A DNA stretch of 64,000 nt from contig CAWDWJ010000008.1 of assembly GCA_963806005.1 (NCBI GenBank), positions 276,531-340,530 on the forward strand, in the 5' to 3' direction. The translations under genes were made by a program, and so were the position numbers. Each line of letters opens with the position of its first letter. Position 1 is the stretch's first letter. Source of the DNA: Vulcanimicrobiota bacterium. Lineage in GTDB: Bacteria; Vulcanimicrobiota; Vulcanimicrobiia; Eremiobacterales; Eremiobacteraceae. Below the pieces are notes generated by a model. It did no database searches and was not told the origin of the DNA. It saw nothing but the letters and a program-made list of their open reading frames with translations. This document shows, piece after piece, positions 16,243 through 26,630 of this stretch.

Positions 16243-19037
16243 CTAGACCTTGAGTGCTTCTTCGACCGCCTGATCTTCCGACCACGCCGCACCTTCGGCC
16301 GCGAGCTTTTCTATCTCCGCTTCGCTCAGCTGATCGCGCAGTGCGGCCATGAGCTTCTCGTGGCCCCACTTCTCCGTGGGCTCACGCTCATACCCACTTC
16401 TTTGTAGTTGCACATCGACGTAGCCGATGAGGCGCGCCGCATCGTGCATGATCTCCGCGCAGCGCCAAGAGCAGCGCAAAATGCTGCAACGCGATCGCGA
16501 TGCCGAGTGCATTTTGCGCTTGCCGCGCCCAGCGCAGACCCTCGCGATGCGGCCTCACGCGCTCCATCGACGTCTCCCAGCGCAATGCGATAGGCAGCGA
16601 TGTTGTATGTAGCTCACCGCCAAGATCGACGCGTTCTTACCACGCGCGTCAGATCTCTAGGGCCTCGCCTGCCAAGCGTAGTGCCTGCTCAACCTGCCCA
16701 TCGGCGAACTCCAACTCCGCGAGATTTCCCAGCACCACAGCTGTGCCCTGCCTCGTTTCCCAGCGCCTTGTACGCTGCAAGCGCCTGCGCATACAACTCG
16801 CGCCCGCGACGACATCGCCGCGAGCCCGCTGGATGCCCGCTCTGCGGATCAGGCAGTCAGCCACTCCCGGTTTATCTCCGTAACTCGCGCATCGCCGCAA
16901 GCGCGCGTGCGTTCACTCACTGGCCTCTTCAAACGGCCCATTTGAAAAAGACCGAAGCGCAAGAATGCAGCGCCCAGGCCTGCCCCATGCTCGTCGCCCA
17001 CCGACTGGTAGAGCGCGAGGGCGCGTTGCAGCGCAGTCGTGCTTGCGCTTGCCGGAGGAAATCTGGCTAAGCGCACGCCACAGCCGGGCCGCCACGTGCG
17101 GGTGGCATCGATTCATCAAGGCTCGCTTGTGCGCAGGCTCGATCCAATAGCGCCCCTCCACCGTGAGTCCGCCACGCAGCCATAGCATCTGCCAGCGCTC
17201 CGGCCACGGCACCACCCAGCGCCACATCGTGTCCGTCTTTGAGCGACCACTCCAACACGGCGCGGTAGTTGTCCAGTTCCCGTTCCACGCTCGCCAGCCA
17301 CGCCGCGGTCGAGCCTGTGCCGAAGCGTCTTATCGGCCTCTTGCGCCTGATCGCGAAAGTACTCGGCGTGACGGCGAGCCAGCTGTTCGCGCTGCGCCAG
17401 CTGCTGTCAGCTTCTCCAGCGCATAGGCGCGCGTGGATTCGAGCAAATGGTAGCGTTCTTGCTCGCCTGCGGTGTCGGCCACGACCAACGACTTGTCGGT
17501 CAGCGATGAGAGCAGGTCTAAGATGTCGATCTCATCGAGGTCCTCGCCGCTGCACACCGCCGTGGCCGCATCCAGACTGAAGCCTCCGGCGAAGATACCC
17601 ACCCGATTGAACAGCATCTGCTCCTGCGGGGTGAGCAGGTCGTAGCTCCAGTCGATGAGCGCGCCGAGCGTCTTCTGCCGCGGGAGTGCCGTGCGGCTCC
17701 CGCCGGTGAGAATCTTGAAGCGTTCGTTGAGCCGTTGGGCGAGGTTCGGGATGCTAAAGACCTTCACCCGAGCGCGGCAAGTTCGATGGCCAGCGGAATA
17801 CCATCCAGACGGCGGCATATGTCGGCGACAATCGGTGCGTTGTCGTCGGTCGAGCGCAAAGGACTTGTCAACCGACCGCGCCCGATCGACAAACAGCGCC
17901 ACCGCGCCAAATTCCATGATCGCTGCCGGCGTGAGATCGGCAATCTTATGCGGCACGTCGAGTGAGGGAAGCCGCAAGTACCTCTTCGCCACTCACCCCA
18001 GCGCCTGGCGTGACGTGGCAAGCAGGCTGCACATCAGGGCAACTGCGGATGATCTGCGTTGGCGATCGCGGCGACAGCTTCCAAGACATGCTCGCAGTTA
18101 TCCAAGATCAGCAGCAGCTTCTTGCGGCTCAGCCACTGCGGAATGGACTCGTCAATTCTGCGGCCCTCGACTTGGGGCATGCCCAATCTCTTTGGCGATA
18201 ACGCTTGAGACGAGTTCGGGGTCGGTGATCGGGCGCAAAGTCGACAAGCCACACGCCATCGGGATTGTGGTCGAGGACTTCGGCTCCCACTTGCAGCGCT
18301 AGCCGCGTCTTGCCGACGCCGCCGGAACCAAAGAGCGTCAGCAGCTTATGCTGACTCAGCAGAGACTTCACTTCTTCAAGGTCGTGCTCGCGACCGCGAA
18401 AGCTCGTCGGCTGAATGGGAAGGTTGTTCGGAATCGTATCGAGTGACTTGAGCGGCGGAAACTCTGCTGGCAGACCTTCGATGGTCAGCTGCCAGACTTG
18501 TTCGGGTTCGGTGAGGTCCTTGAGCCGGTGCGAGCCGAGATCAACCAGCGATGCGCCGGCGGGAAGATCGCTATGGGCTAGTTCGCGGGTGGAACCCGAC
18601 AAGAGAATCTGGCCGCCGTGGCCGATGGACATGAGTCGTGCCACTCGGTTGACGGCCGGTCCGAAGTAGTCGCCGTTACGCTCCGAAGCCTCGCCGGCAT
18701 GCAGCCCGATGCGTACTCGCAAGCCGCCAACTGCAGAAAAATCTTCTTCGCTCAAGGCCCGTTGCGCTTCGAACGCAGCCGCGACAGCATCCGAGACGCG
18801 GGCGAAAGCGACGCAAAACGCGTCGCCAATGGTCTTGAACACGTACCCGTCGTGTTGATCGATCGCATCGCGCTCAAAAGCGCATCATGGCGCTTCACCG
18901 CGTCATCCATCGCCTCGCGCTGCGATCTCCCAACGCTGCGTGGAGCCCTCAATGTCGGTAAAGAGAAACGTGACCGTGCCAGTAGGCAAAGAGACGGGGG
19001 CATTTGCCGCTGGGACTGCCCCCTGGGGGTTGGACAT
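16243..19037 (-). pseudogene. cyclase-STAND(NB-ARC-like)-TPR gene, decayed copy 1
   Basis: Homologous pieces lie in at least five different frame segments: N-terminus MSNPQGAVPAANAPVSLPTGTVTFLFTDIEGSTQRWE from 19037; FKTIGDAFCVAF...GSGGVGKTR in 18129-18842; LLLILDNCEH in 18034-18252; DICRRLDGIPLAIELAA in 17764-18021; C-terminus ...AAWSEDQAVEEALKV ending at 16243. Confidence 0.85.
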
Positions 19038-19192
19038 AGGCGTTGTATTCTGCTGGGGTGCTATTTGCGCCTACCCAACCATGCCGGGCATTGGGGCCAC
19101 ATCGGGCTGGCTCCGACTCATCACGTGAGGCCGTAAAGCTGGCTGAATCTGCGTGCCCGCAAGTTGCGTCCGCGTCACTCCAGTGAGTCTAA

Positions 19193-19365
19193 GCGCACGG
19201 CATATCGTACGGCAATCCCGCCATACCACCAGCAACATTCTGCAACTCCCTGCAACATTCTGCAACATGCGAACGCGCGTGTCATCTGGCGGAGCCTTAT
19301 TTCATCATGGTCCTGCAATTAGTTCGCATGTAAGAGGCCAGGGGTTCGAGTCCCCTCATCTCCAC
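19193..19365 (+). repeat. att-like repeat B: conserved arm (19193-19322) + tRNA-Ala 3' half (19323-19365)
   Basis: Core 43/43 identical to the tRNA. The arm carries GTACGGCAAT and four heptamers at 10-bp spacing (19230-19266). Confidence 0.9.
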
Positions 19366-19544
19366 AAACCTTCGCTACGCGAATTCACATGCTCGTTTGG
19401 ACTTCCCAACATCAGAGCGAGACTCATGCCAAATCGTTGTTGATTGCCGGCGACCCAACTTGTGGTCGAAATTCAGCCCCCGAAAGCGATGCAACGTGCG
19501 TCACGCCTAAGAAACGCCGGACGCTTGCGCTGGCCGCGTTACTT

Positions 19545-20015
19545 CTATTGCTTGATGAAGTTTACCGTGAACGGTGCAACGCCGCTTACCTGAAAGATCG
19601 TACCGCCCTTGGCCGTGACCCAGTGACGGACAAGGGCCGGAATAACAACGTAAGAACCTGGTCCGAGAGCGGTTGTCTTGGACCGATCCATCTTGTCGCC
19701 AACGCCGAACATTACCGTGCCGCTTAGAATGGTAAGGCGCTCGGTATCTGGATGCCAGTGCAATGGTATTGTATACCCATCGGGTAGCTTCAGCCGCATC
19801 GTGTACGGTGATCCGGTCTTTTTAGGATCACCATCCATTATCGCAACCTGTACGCTGGGCAGTATCTTAGATGGCATCCATTTTATGTCAACCGGTGTCA
19901 CCATCTTTGCGGCATTGGCGACACCCGACATCCCCGTTGTATTTGCCAAGGCAATCATACCCAAGCTCATGGCAATTACCGTGGACAGAAACGCTGCAAA
20001 AACCAACTTCTGCAT
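19545..20015 (-). CDS. secreted cupin-domain protein (module 3 cargo)
   Basis: Signal peptide MQKLVFAAFLSTVIAMSLG; cupin motif PLHWHPDTERLTILSGTV. Close paralog at 34712-35182. Confidence 0.8.
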   Translation of the reverse strand: MQKLVFAAFLSTVIAMSLGMIALANTTGMSGVANAAKMVTPVDIKWMPSKILPSVQVAIMDGDPKKTGSPYTMRLKLPDGYTIPLHWHPDTERLTILSGTVMFGVGDKMDRSKTTALGPGSYVVIPALVRHWVTAKGGTIFQVSGVAPFTVNFIKQ

Positions 20016-20080
20016 GATACCCTTCCCGTCGCGGTTGGCAGTTTAATCTATGCCGTTCAAACTCACAATACCGATGAACC

Positions 20081-20254
20081 GTACGGCACTCGTACGGCAA
20101 TCCCGCCTTAACACCAGCAACTTTCTGCACATCACAGCAACTTTCTGCAACGGACTAACGTAGAAGCTGCCCGGCGAACCACGATTTCATCAGAGTCTTG
20201 TGTTTAATTCGCATGTGAGAGGCCAGGGGTTCGAGTCCCCCTCATCTCCACCAC
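20081..20254 (+). repeat. att-like repeat C: arm (20081-20207) + tRNA-Ala 3' half (20208-20254)
   Basis: Core differs from the tRNA by one substitution (GTAAGA to GTGAGA) and one extra C in the T stem; identity runs through CCACCAC. The arm has a duplicated CGTACGGCA and the heptamer block. Confidence 0.85.
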
Positions 20255-20317
20255 GGCTCGTCTATCAATGTGCGCCACTATGCAACATGTGAGCGCGGCC
20301 TTGCCTCCACGTTCGCC

Positions 20318-23111
20318 TTAGACCTTGAGCGCTTCTTCGACCGCCTGATCTTCCGACCACGCCGCACCTTCGGCCGCGAGCTTTTCTATCTCGGCGTCCC
20401 TCAGATGCTCGCGCAGTGCGGTCATAAGTTTCTCGTAGCCCCACTTCTCGGTGGCCTCACGTTCCTACCCGAGTTCTTTGTATTGCATATTGACGTAGCC
20501 GATGAGCCGCGCCGCATTGTGCAGTTCGCCGCGCAGCGCCTAGAGCAGCGCGAAATGTTGCAACGCGATCGCGATGCAATATGCAGTTTGTGCTTGTCGC
20601 GCCAAGCGCAGCCCCTCGCGGGCAGCTTCACGCGCTCCATCGCACATCTCCCAGCGCAATGCGATAGGCAGCGATGTTGAGGTAACCAATCGCCAAGTTC
20701 GTCGCGTTCTTCCCACGCGCCAAGATCTCCAGGGCCTCGCCTGTCAGGCGCAGCGCCTGCTCGACCTGACCATCTCGCGAACTCCAGCTCCGCAAGATTT
20801 GCCAGCACCATAGCTGTTCCGGCCTCATTTCCCAGGGCCTTGAATGCGCCGCGAGCGCCTGCGCATACAACTCGCGCGCCGCGACAACATCGCCGCGATC
20901 CCACTGGATGAGCGCCTGCTGACTCAGGCAGTCGGCCACTCCCGGCTTATTCCCCAACGTGCGCATCGCCGCAAGCGCCCGTGTGTTCGCTTCGCTGGCC
21001 TCTTCAAGGTGGCCCATTTGAAAGAGACCAACGCCAGATAGTGTAAAGCGCCCAAGCCGCCCCATCTTGTCGCCTACCGATTCGTATAGCGCGAGGGCGC
21101 GTTGCGCATAGTCGTGCTTGCTCTTGCCCATGGAAAGCGTGGCTGATGCCCGCCACAGCCGGGCCGCTACCTGCGGGTGCACCGATTCGTCAAGGCCAAC
21201 TTGCGCAAGGTCGATCCAATAGCGTCCTTCGGCCGTGAGTCCGCCATCTCGCCAGAGCCGCTCCAGCGCTCCAGCCAGGGCACCACCCAACGCCATATCG
21301 TGTCCATCTTTAAGTGTCCATTCCAGTACGGCGCGGTAGTTGTCCAGTTCCACTTCCGAGTCGCCAGCCACGCCGCCAGTCGATCCCGCTGCCGAAGCGC
21401 TGGTCCGCCCCCTGCGCCTGATCGCGAAAATACTCTCGCGTGGCGGCGAGCCAGCGGTTCTCGTTCGCATGCCGCCATAAGCTTATCCAAAGCATATGCT
21501 CGAGTGCATTCCAGCAAACGGTAGCGTTCCTGCTCGCCTGTCGTGTCGGCCACAACCAGCGACTTGTCGGTCAGTGATGAGAGCAAGTCTAAAATGTCGA
21601 TGTCATCGATGCCCGTCGCCAGCTGCACACCGCCGTGGCCGCATCCAGGCCGAAGCCCCCGGCAAAGATGCCCAAACGGTTGAAGAGCATCTGCTCTTGC
21701 GCGGTGAGCAGGTCGTAACTCCAGTCGATGAGCGCACTCAGCGTCTTCTGACGCGGCAGCGCAGCACGGCTACCGCCGGTGAGGATCTTGAAGCGTTCGT
21801 TGAGCCGCTGGGCGAGCTTCGGGATGCTCAGAATCTTCACCCGAGCGGCTGCCAGTTCGATCGCTAGCGGAATACCATCCAGACGGCGGACAGATTTCAG
21901 CGACGATCGGGTGCATTGTCGTCGGTTAGAACGAAGCGGGTGTCGGATGCGATCGCTCGATCGACAAAGAGTGCGATCGCGCCATAGGCGGATGCTGTTT
22001 CTGCGGAAAGTCCCGCCAGTTGGTTCGGGCAGCGAAAGCGATGGCAAACGGTAGGTAAACACTCGCCACCGATGCCTAGCGCCTGACGTGACGTGGCGAG
22101 GATGCGCACCTTGGCCGCGGTGCTAAGAATCGCTGTGGCAAGTCCGGCCACAGCATCGATCAAGTGCTCGCAGTTGTCGAGAATCAGCAATAGGTGCTTG
22201 CGTTTCAGCCACTGCGGGATAGCCTCCGCAATTTTGCGTCCCCGCTGTTTGGGTGATGCCCACCACTTTGGCGATCAAGCTTGCGACAAGCTCGGGATCG
22301 GTGATTGGAGCCAGATCGACGAACCACGCGCCATCTGGGATACTCGTCTAGCGAGGTCGGCGGCGACTTGCACGGCAACCGCGTCTTGCCAATACCGCCT
22401 GCGCCGGATAGCGTCAGCAGACGGTGTTCACCGATCAATGACTTGACCTCCTCAAGGTCGCGCTCGCGACCGCGGAAGGTCGTGAGGTGTATCGGCAGGT
22501 TATTCGGCGACGCATCGAGTGATCGCAGCGCCGGAAATTCTTGCTGCAGGCCAGCGCCGCTCAGCTGCCATACATGCTCGGGCTCGGCGAGGTCTTTGAG
22601 GCGATGCAAGCCGAGATCGGTGAGCGCGACATCCGCCGGCGAGTCGCTGCGCACTAACTCGCGGCTCGCTCCAGAGACTAAGATCTGCCCTCCATTGCCT
22701 ATGGACAGCAAGCGCGCAACGCGGTTAACGGCTGGGCCGAAGTAATCGCCATCGCGCTCGTCGGCCGTTCCGGTGTGGATCGCCATCCGCACGCTGATGC
22801 CATTGACGCTTGAGAAATCCTCGGCTTTCAAGCGCTCGCTGTGCATCGAGTGCAGCCGCAATAGTATCTTCGGGCCGTCGGAACGCAACACAAAAAGCGT
22901 CGCCGACCGTTTTGAAAACAAACCCATGATGATGTTCGGTTGCCGTTCGCATAAGCGCATCATGGCGCGCGACTGCAACCTTCATCGCCTCGCGCTGGGT
23001 CTCCCAACGTTGCGTCGAGCCCGTGATATCCGTAAACAGAAACGTGACCGTGCCAGTAGGTAAAGTTACGAACTTCTTGGATTTCTCTTTCGCCCCACTC
23101 GCGCGTGGCAT
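20318..23111 (-). pseudogene. cyclase-STAND(NB-ARC-like)-TPR gene, decayed copy 2
   Basis: N-terminus MPRASGAKEKSKKFVTLPTGTVTFLFTDITGSTQRWE at 23111. Homologous pieces are spread over ORFs 22725-23111, 22205-22978, 21897-22190, 21589-22062, 21167-21628, 20628-21470 and 20422-20904. There is also an in-frame TAG at 20465-20467 where copy 1 has TAT. Confidence 0.85.
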
Positions 23112-23336
23112 GAGGGTCAGGGTTCGGCTGTGTGGAGGTCGAGCCCTAGTCTATGGAGCCGGCGCCGGGCTAGGCGGAGCGACTAAGACCCTGTTCTGCT
23201 TACCAAAAACGCGGAGGCACCGCGTGAGGGTCTCGGCTCGACATGAACATCATTATCCATATTTGAATCTTCGAGACGCCAGGGCCCAATTGGGAGAGCA
23301 GGGCGGATGATTTCTGTACCAGCAGTACTAACTCGG

Positions 23337-23509
23337 GCGCACGGCATATCGTACGGCAATCCTACCTAAACACCAGCAACTTTCTGCACATTACTGCAAC
23401 ACTCTGCAACATGCGAACGCCCGTGCTAGGTGAAAAAGCTCGGTTTCATCAGGGCCGCGTAATTAATTCGCATGTAAGAGGCCAGGGGTTCGAGTCCCCT
23501 CATCTCCAC
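23337..23509 (+). repeat. att-like repeat D: arm (23337-23466) + tRNA-Ala 3' half (23467-23509)
   Basis: Core 43/43 identical to the tRNA; arm collinear with B, E, F and G. Confidence 0.9.
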
Positions 23510-23567
23510 ACTCAAGATTTTGCAGCTGTGTCGATTCTGTTGGCGCTAGTAGACCTCAAAATTCTTC

Positions 23568-23687
23568 TCAGACCTTCAGCGCTTCTTCGACCGCCTGATC
23601 TTCCGACCACGCCGCAACTTCTCTCGCAAGCTTTGCGAATTCAGCGTCTCTGAGCTTCTCCCGCAGCTGGGCCATCAACTTGACCGC
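23568..23687 (-). pseudogene. orphan 3' tail (last ~39 codons) of a former cyclase-STAND gene
   Basis: Encodes AVKLMAQLREKLRDAEFAKLAREVAAWSEDQAVEEALKV-stop, collinear with the C-termini of copies 1 and 2. Lies out of frame behind and under the end of the intact gene 23641-26460. Confidence 0.75.
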
Positions 23688-26460
23688 AGACAGCGAGGGC
23701 TTCTTCAAGGGCCTGCTCTTGCGACCAAACTGCGCCCTCGGTCATGAGGGCTGCAAAACGCACTTCTCCAAGTTGATCGCGCAGCGATCCTATTAAAGCA
23801 TCAATATCCATAGGAACGCGTCTTGTCTCGCGCACCCAGCCCTTGCTGTCCGCTTTCCTGTAACCCAGGAGCTTCGCCGCCCGATCAAGGTCACGGTCGT
23901 GTGCTGCGAGGGCTATGCACGGCTGCAGCGTTACTTCACGCGCGTCGAGCACCTCATCGCGAAGGATTCGCAGGGCGCTGCGCATGGCCGACCGAGCCTC
24001 ATCAAAGCGTTCCGTCAAAGTGAGGTACGCGGCCTTGGCACTGAATATGAGCGCTTCCATGTCGTTTTCGTGGAGCGTCTGCACTATGGCTAGCGCTTCT
24101 TCCGTCAGCTCGAGCGCCCGGGGCACATCATTCGTCGCTTTCTCCAACGCCGCTTCATCCAAGAGCATGATCGCCAGGTTGCGGTCAACCCCCCGCTTCT
24201 TGTAGTAGCGTAATGCGGCGGCGAAGTGGTGCCTCGCGAGTTCGAACTGTTTTGTGTGCGTGTACAGTTTGGCCAACTGCTGCAGCGAGGCTGTTTCACG
24301 ATAAATGTCATGAGCGCGCCGAGCAGCGTCGAGCGCCTCGGTCAATGCTGATTTCGCTTCGTCAAGCCGGTCATATGTTGTGTTCATTTCACCAAGATAA
24401 AAGAGGGCTCGGGCCAATATACGGTCATCCCCAAGCTTACGCGCTGCAGCTACAGCACGTTCGATGGTGGTTTCGTAGACCTCGTCTTCCGAGAGAGCTA
24501 TATGCGTGCGCGTCAGCGCTAAATCGATGGCAACGCTCAAACCAGGGTTACTGTCTGGCGCGATGCTCGCGCGTGCCGCTTCCAGCCAGTGCCGGCCTTC
24601 CAGTTTGTGACCAATCCAGTAAGCCCAGAGGTGTTCGGCAATTTCCGCTCCCAGGGCGCGATCGTTGCCTTGATCTAAGCACCATTGCAAGGCGGCGCGG
24701 ATATTGTCCAGCTCGGCTTCAATGAAGGCCAACCAGGCGGGCGCTGGGAGCACTTGCCACCGCTCGGCGATCTGAAGCGCGTATCTCGCGAAAAAGCGTG
24801 CGTGCCGCTGGGACGTTGCGTCGAATTCTGCTTGCCTTCGCACGAGCTCCAACCCGTATTGACGCAAAGACTCCAGCAACCGGTAGCGCTGCGTCTCGGC
24901 GCCAGCATCAACCGTGACGAGTGATTTATTAACGAGCGATGATAGAATGTCGAGGATCTTAAACTCGTCAATTGTCTCGTCCGAACAGACGTCACTCGCC
25001 GCTTCGAGCGTCCAGCCGCCTTGGAAGATGGAGAGACGGCGGAAGATCGTTCGTTCAGCCTCGTTGAGCAGCTCGTAGCTCCAGTCGATTGCTGCGCGCA
25101 TGGTCTGCTGGCGCGGGAGAGCCGTGCGATCGCCCCCGGTCAGCAACCGGAAACGCTCATCCAAACGTTGTGACAGTTGCTTGAGATTGAGAATGGTCAC
25201 ACGGGCAGCCGCCAGTTCTATTGCCAAAGCGATGCCGTCCAGACGGCGGCAAATGTCGGCGACGATCGGCGCCGCATCGTCGGTGAGCATGAACCGCGCG
25301 TCAATCGCTGCAGCTCGCGCCACAAAAAGGGCCACAGCCTCATGTTTGAGGGCCTCTTCTGCCGACAACGCGACATTACGGGAAGGCACGGATAACGAAG
25401 GCATACGGTAGACCTGCTCGCCCCGCACGTTGAGAACTTCGCGGCTCGTTGCGAGCACCGCCACCCTCGGACAATTCTTGACCATAGCTGCCACCACGCG
25501 CGCCGTCTCGCCGACGATATGTTCGCAGTTGTCGAGGATAAGCAAGAGGCTCTTGTTCTTGAGGTACAAGCAGAGGTCGTCCAGAGGCTTGCGCACCGGT
25601 TGCAGTTGCAGGTCGAAGACCTCAGCGATTGCGCTCACAATCCCGTCGTCGGTTCCCATTTGGGCGAGGTCGACGAACCAAACGCCATCACCGGATCCGT
25701 CAAGCACATCTGCTCCTACCTGCAGCGCCGTACGAGTCTTTCCTACTCCTGCAGTACCAACAAGCGTCAGCACTTGAGATTTGGCGAGCAGCGACTTGAT
25801 GTCGCTTAGCTCATGCTCGCGACCAACAAAAGGAGTCGCCTGGCGCGGAAGATTGTTCGGTAGCGTCTCAAGCGAGCGCAGCGATGGAAAAATTTCTTCA
25901 AGTCCGGGCGCGACCAACTGGTATACGTGCTCGGGGCGGACGAGATCGCGCAGCTGATGCTGGCCGAGGTCCCGAACGCCGGACTGTGCAGGCATCAATC
26001 CTTGTAGCAGATCGGTCGCGGCTTGGGAAATGAGCACCTGGCTGCCATGACCGATCGCCAAGAGTCGCGCGACCCGGTTGACCGGTGGCCCGAAATAATC
26101 TCCGTCACGTTCTTGCGCGGTCCCCGTGTGGATCGCCATGCGCACGCGTATACCCTCCACCGAAGCGAAATCTTCAACGCTGAGTTCGCGCTGTGCATCT
26201 ATGGCCGCCGCTATGGCGTCTTGTGGCCGCGCAAAGGCGACACAAAACGCGTCGCCCACCGTCTTGAACACCCAACCGCGATACTTTACCGCGGCTGCGC
26301 GCAGCAGCTCGTCGTGGCGCTTTACTGCCGCTTCCATAGCCTCGCGGTGCTGCTCCCAACGCTGCGTCGAGCCTTCGATGTCGGAAAATAGAAAGGTCAC
26401 GGTACCCGTCGGTAGAGTGACGGGGCCTTTGGGCTCGGCCCCACTCTCGGGTGGCATCAT
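23641..26460 (-). CDS. class III adenylate/guanylate cyclase - STAND (NB-ARC-like P-loop NTPase) - TPR protein, intact (module 5 cargo)
   Basis: Start taken at MMPPESGAEPKG (26460) by alignment with the paralogs. Cyclase motifs FSDIEGSTQRWE, FKTVGDAFCVAF, GDYFGPPVNRVARL. Walker A GTAGVGKTR, Walker B LLLILDNCEH. About 400 aa of TPR-like helical repeats. Confidence 0.85.
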   Translation of the reverse strand: MMPPESGAEPKGPVTLPTGTVTFLFSDIEGSTQRWEQHREAMEAAVKRHDELLRAAAVKYRGWVFKTVGDAFCVAFARPQDAIAAAIDAQRELSVEDFASVEGIRVRMAIHTGTAQERDGDYFGPPVNRVARLLAIGHGSQVLISQAATDLLQGLMPAQSGVRDLGQHQLRDLVRPEHVYQLVAPGLEEIFPSLRSLETLPNNLPRQATPFVGREHELSDIKSLLAKSQVLTLVGTAGVGKTRTALQVGADVLDGSGDGVWFVDLAQMGTDDGIVSAIAEVFDLQLQPVRKPLDDLCLYLKNKSLLLILDNCEHIVGETARVVAAMVKNCPRVAVLATSREVLNVRGEQVYRMPSLSVPSRNVALSAEEALKHEAVALFVARAAAIDARFMLTDDAAPIVADICRRLDGIALAIELAAARVTILNLKQLSQRLDERFRLLTGGDRTALPRQQTMRAAIDWSYELLNEAERTIFRRLSIFQGGWTLEAASDVCSDETIDEFKILDILSSLVNKSLVTVDAGAETQRYRLLESLRQYGLELVRRQAEFDATSQRHARFFARYALQIAERWQVLPAPAWLAFIEAELDNIRAALQWCLDQGNDRALGAEIAEHLWAYWIGHKLEGRHWLEAARASIAPDSNPGLSVAIDLALTRTHIALSEDEVYETTIERAVAAARKLGDDRILARALFYLGEMNTTYDRLDEAKSALTEALDAARRAHDIYRETASLQQLAKLYTHTKQFELARHHFAAALRYYKKRGVDRNLAIMLLDEAALEKATNDVPRALELTEEALAIVQTLHENDMEALIFSAKAAYLTLTERFDEARSAMRSALRILRDEVLDAREVTLQPCIALAAHDRDLDRAAKLLGYRKADSKGWVRETRRVPMDIDALIGSLRDQLGEVRFAALMTEGAVWSQEQALEEALAVCGQVDGPAAGEAQRR

Positions 26461-26630
26461 TGTTCGACTTCGCGTTTCTGCGGATGGAGGCCTAGTAGAC
26501 CCCACGCCTAGGCAGGGCGCACAACGCACAGGACACCCGTAAGGCCACGCAGGTAATCGTGTAATGCTCTTCTAGGCAGCTATTCAAATTGGGCTTGAGA
26601 GCTGGCGCGCTCGTGGCCGGAGCGTTCTAC

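Noticed and set aside
19230-19266. Short direct repeats (CTGCAAC x4) considered as a possible CRISPR or minisatellite.
   Set aside because: The units are 7 bp with 3-bp spacers and there are only four per locus. They are embedded in a larger conserved arm that recurs once per module. There is no repeat-spacer architecture and there are no cas genes.
19153-19443. A family of plus-strand ORFs sharing the peptide ..SHVRGQGFESPHLH.. Besides this one, they are 13868-14176, 16105-16407, 23411-23653, 27771-28238 and 32981-33187.
   Set aside because: The shared peptide is simply the translation of the tRNA-Ala 3' half (TTCGCATGTAAGAGGCCAGGGGTTCGAGTCCCCTCATCTCCAC) and the adjacent conserved arm. Conservation is at nucleotide level, and it stops exactly at the tRNA end. 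These are att-like repeats, not genes.
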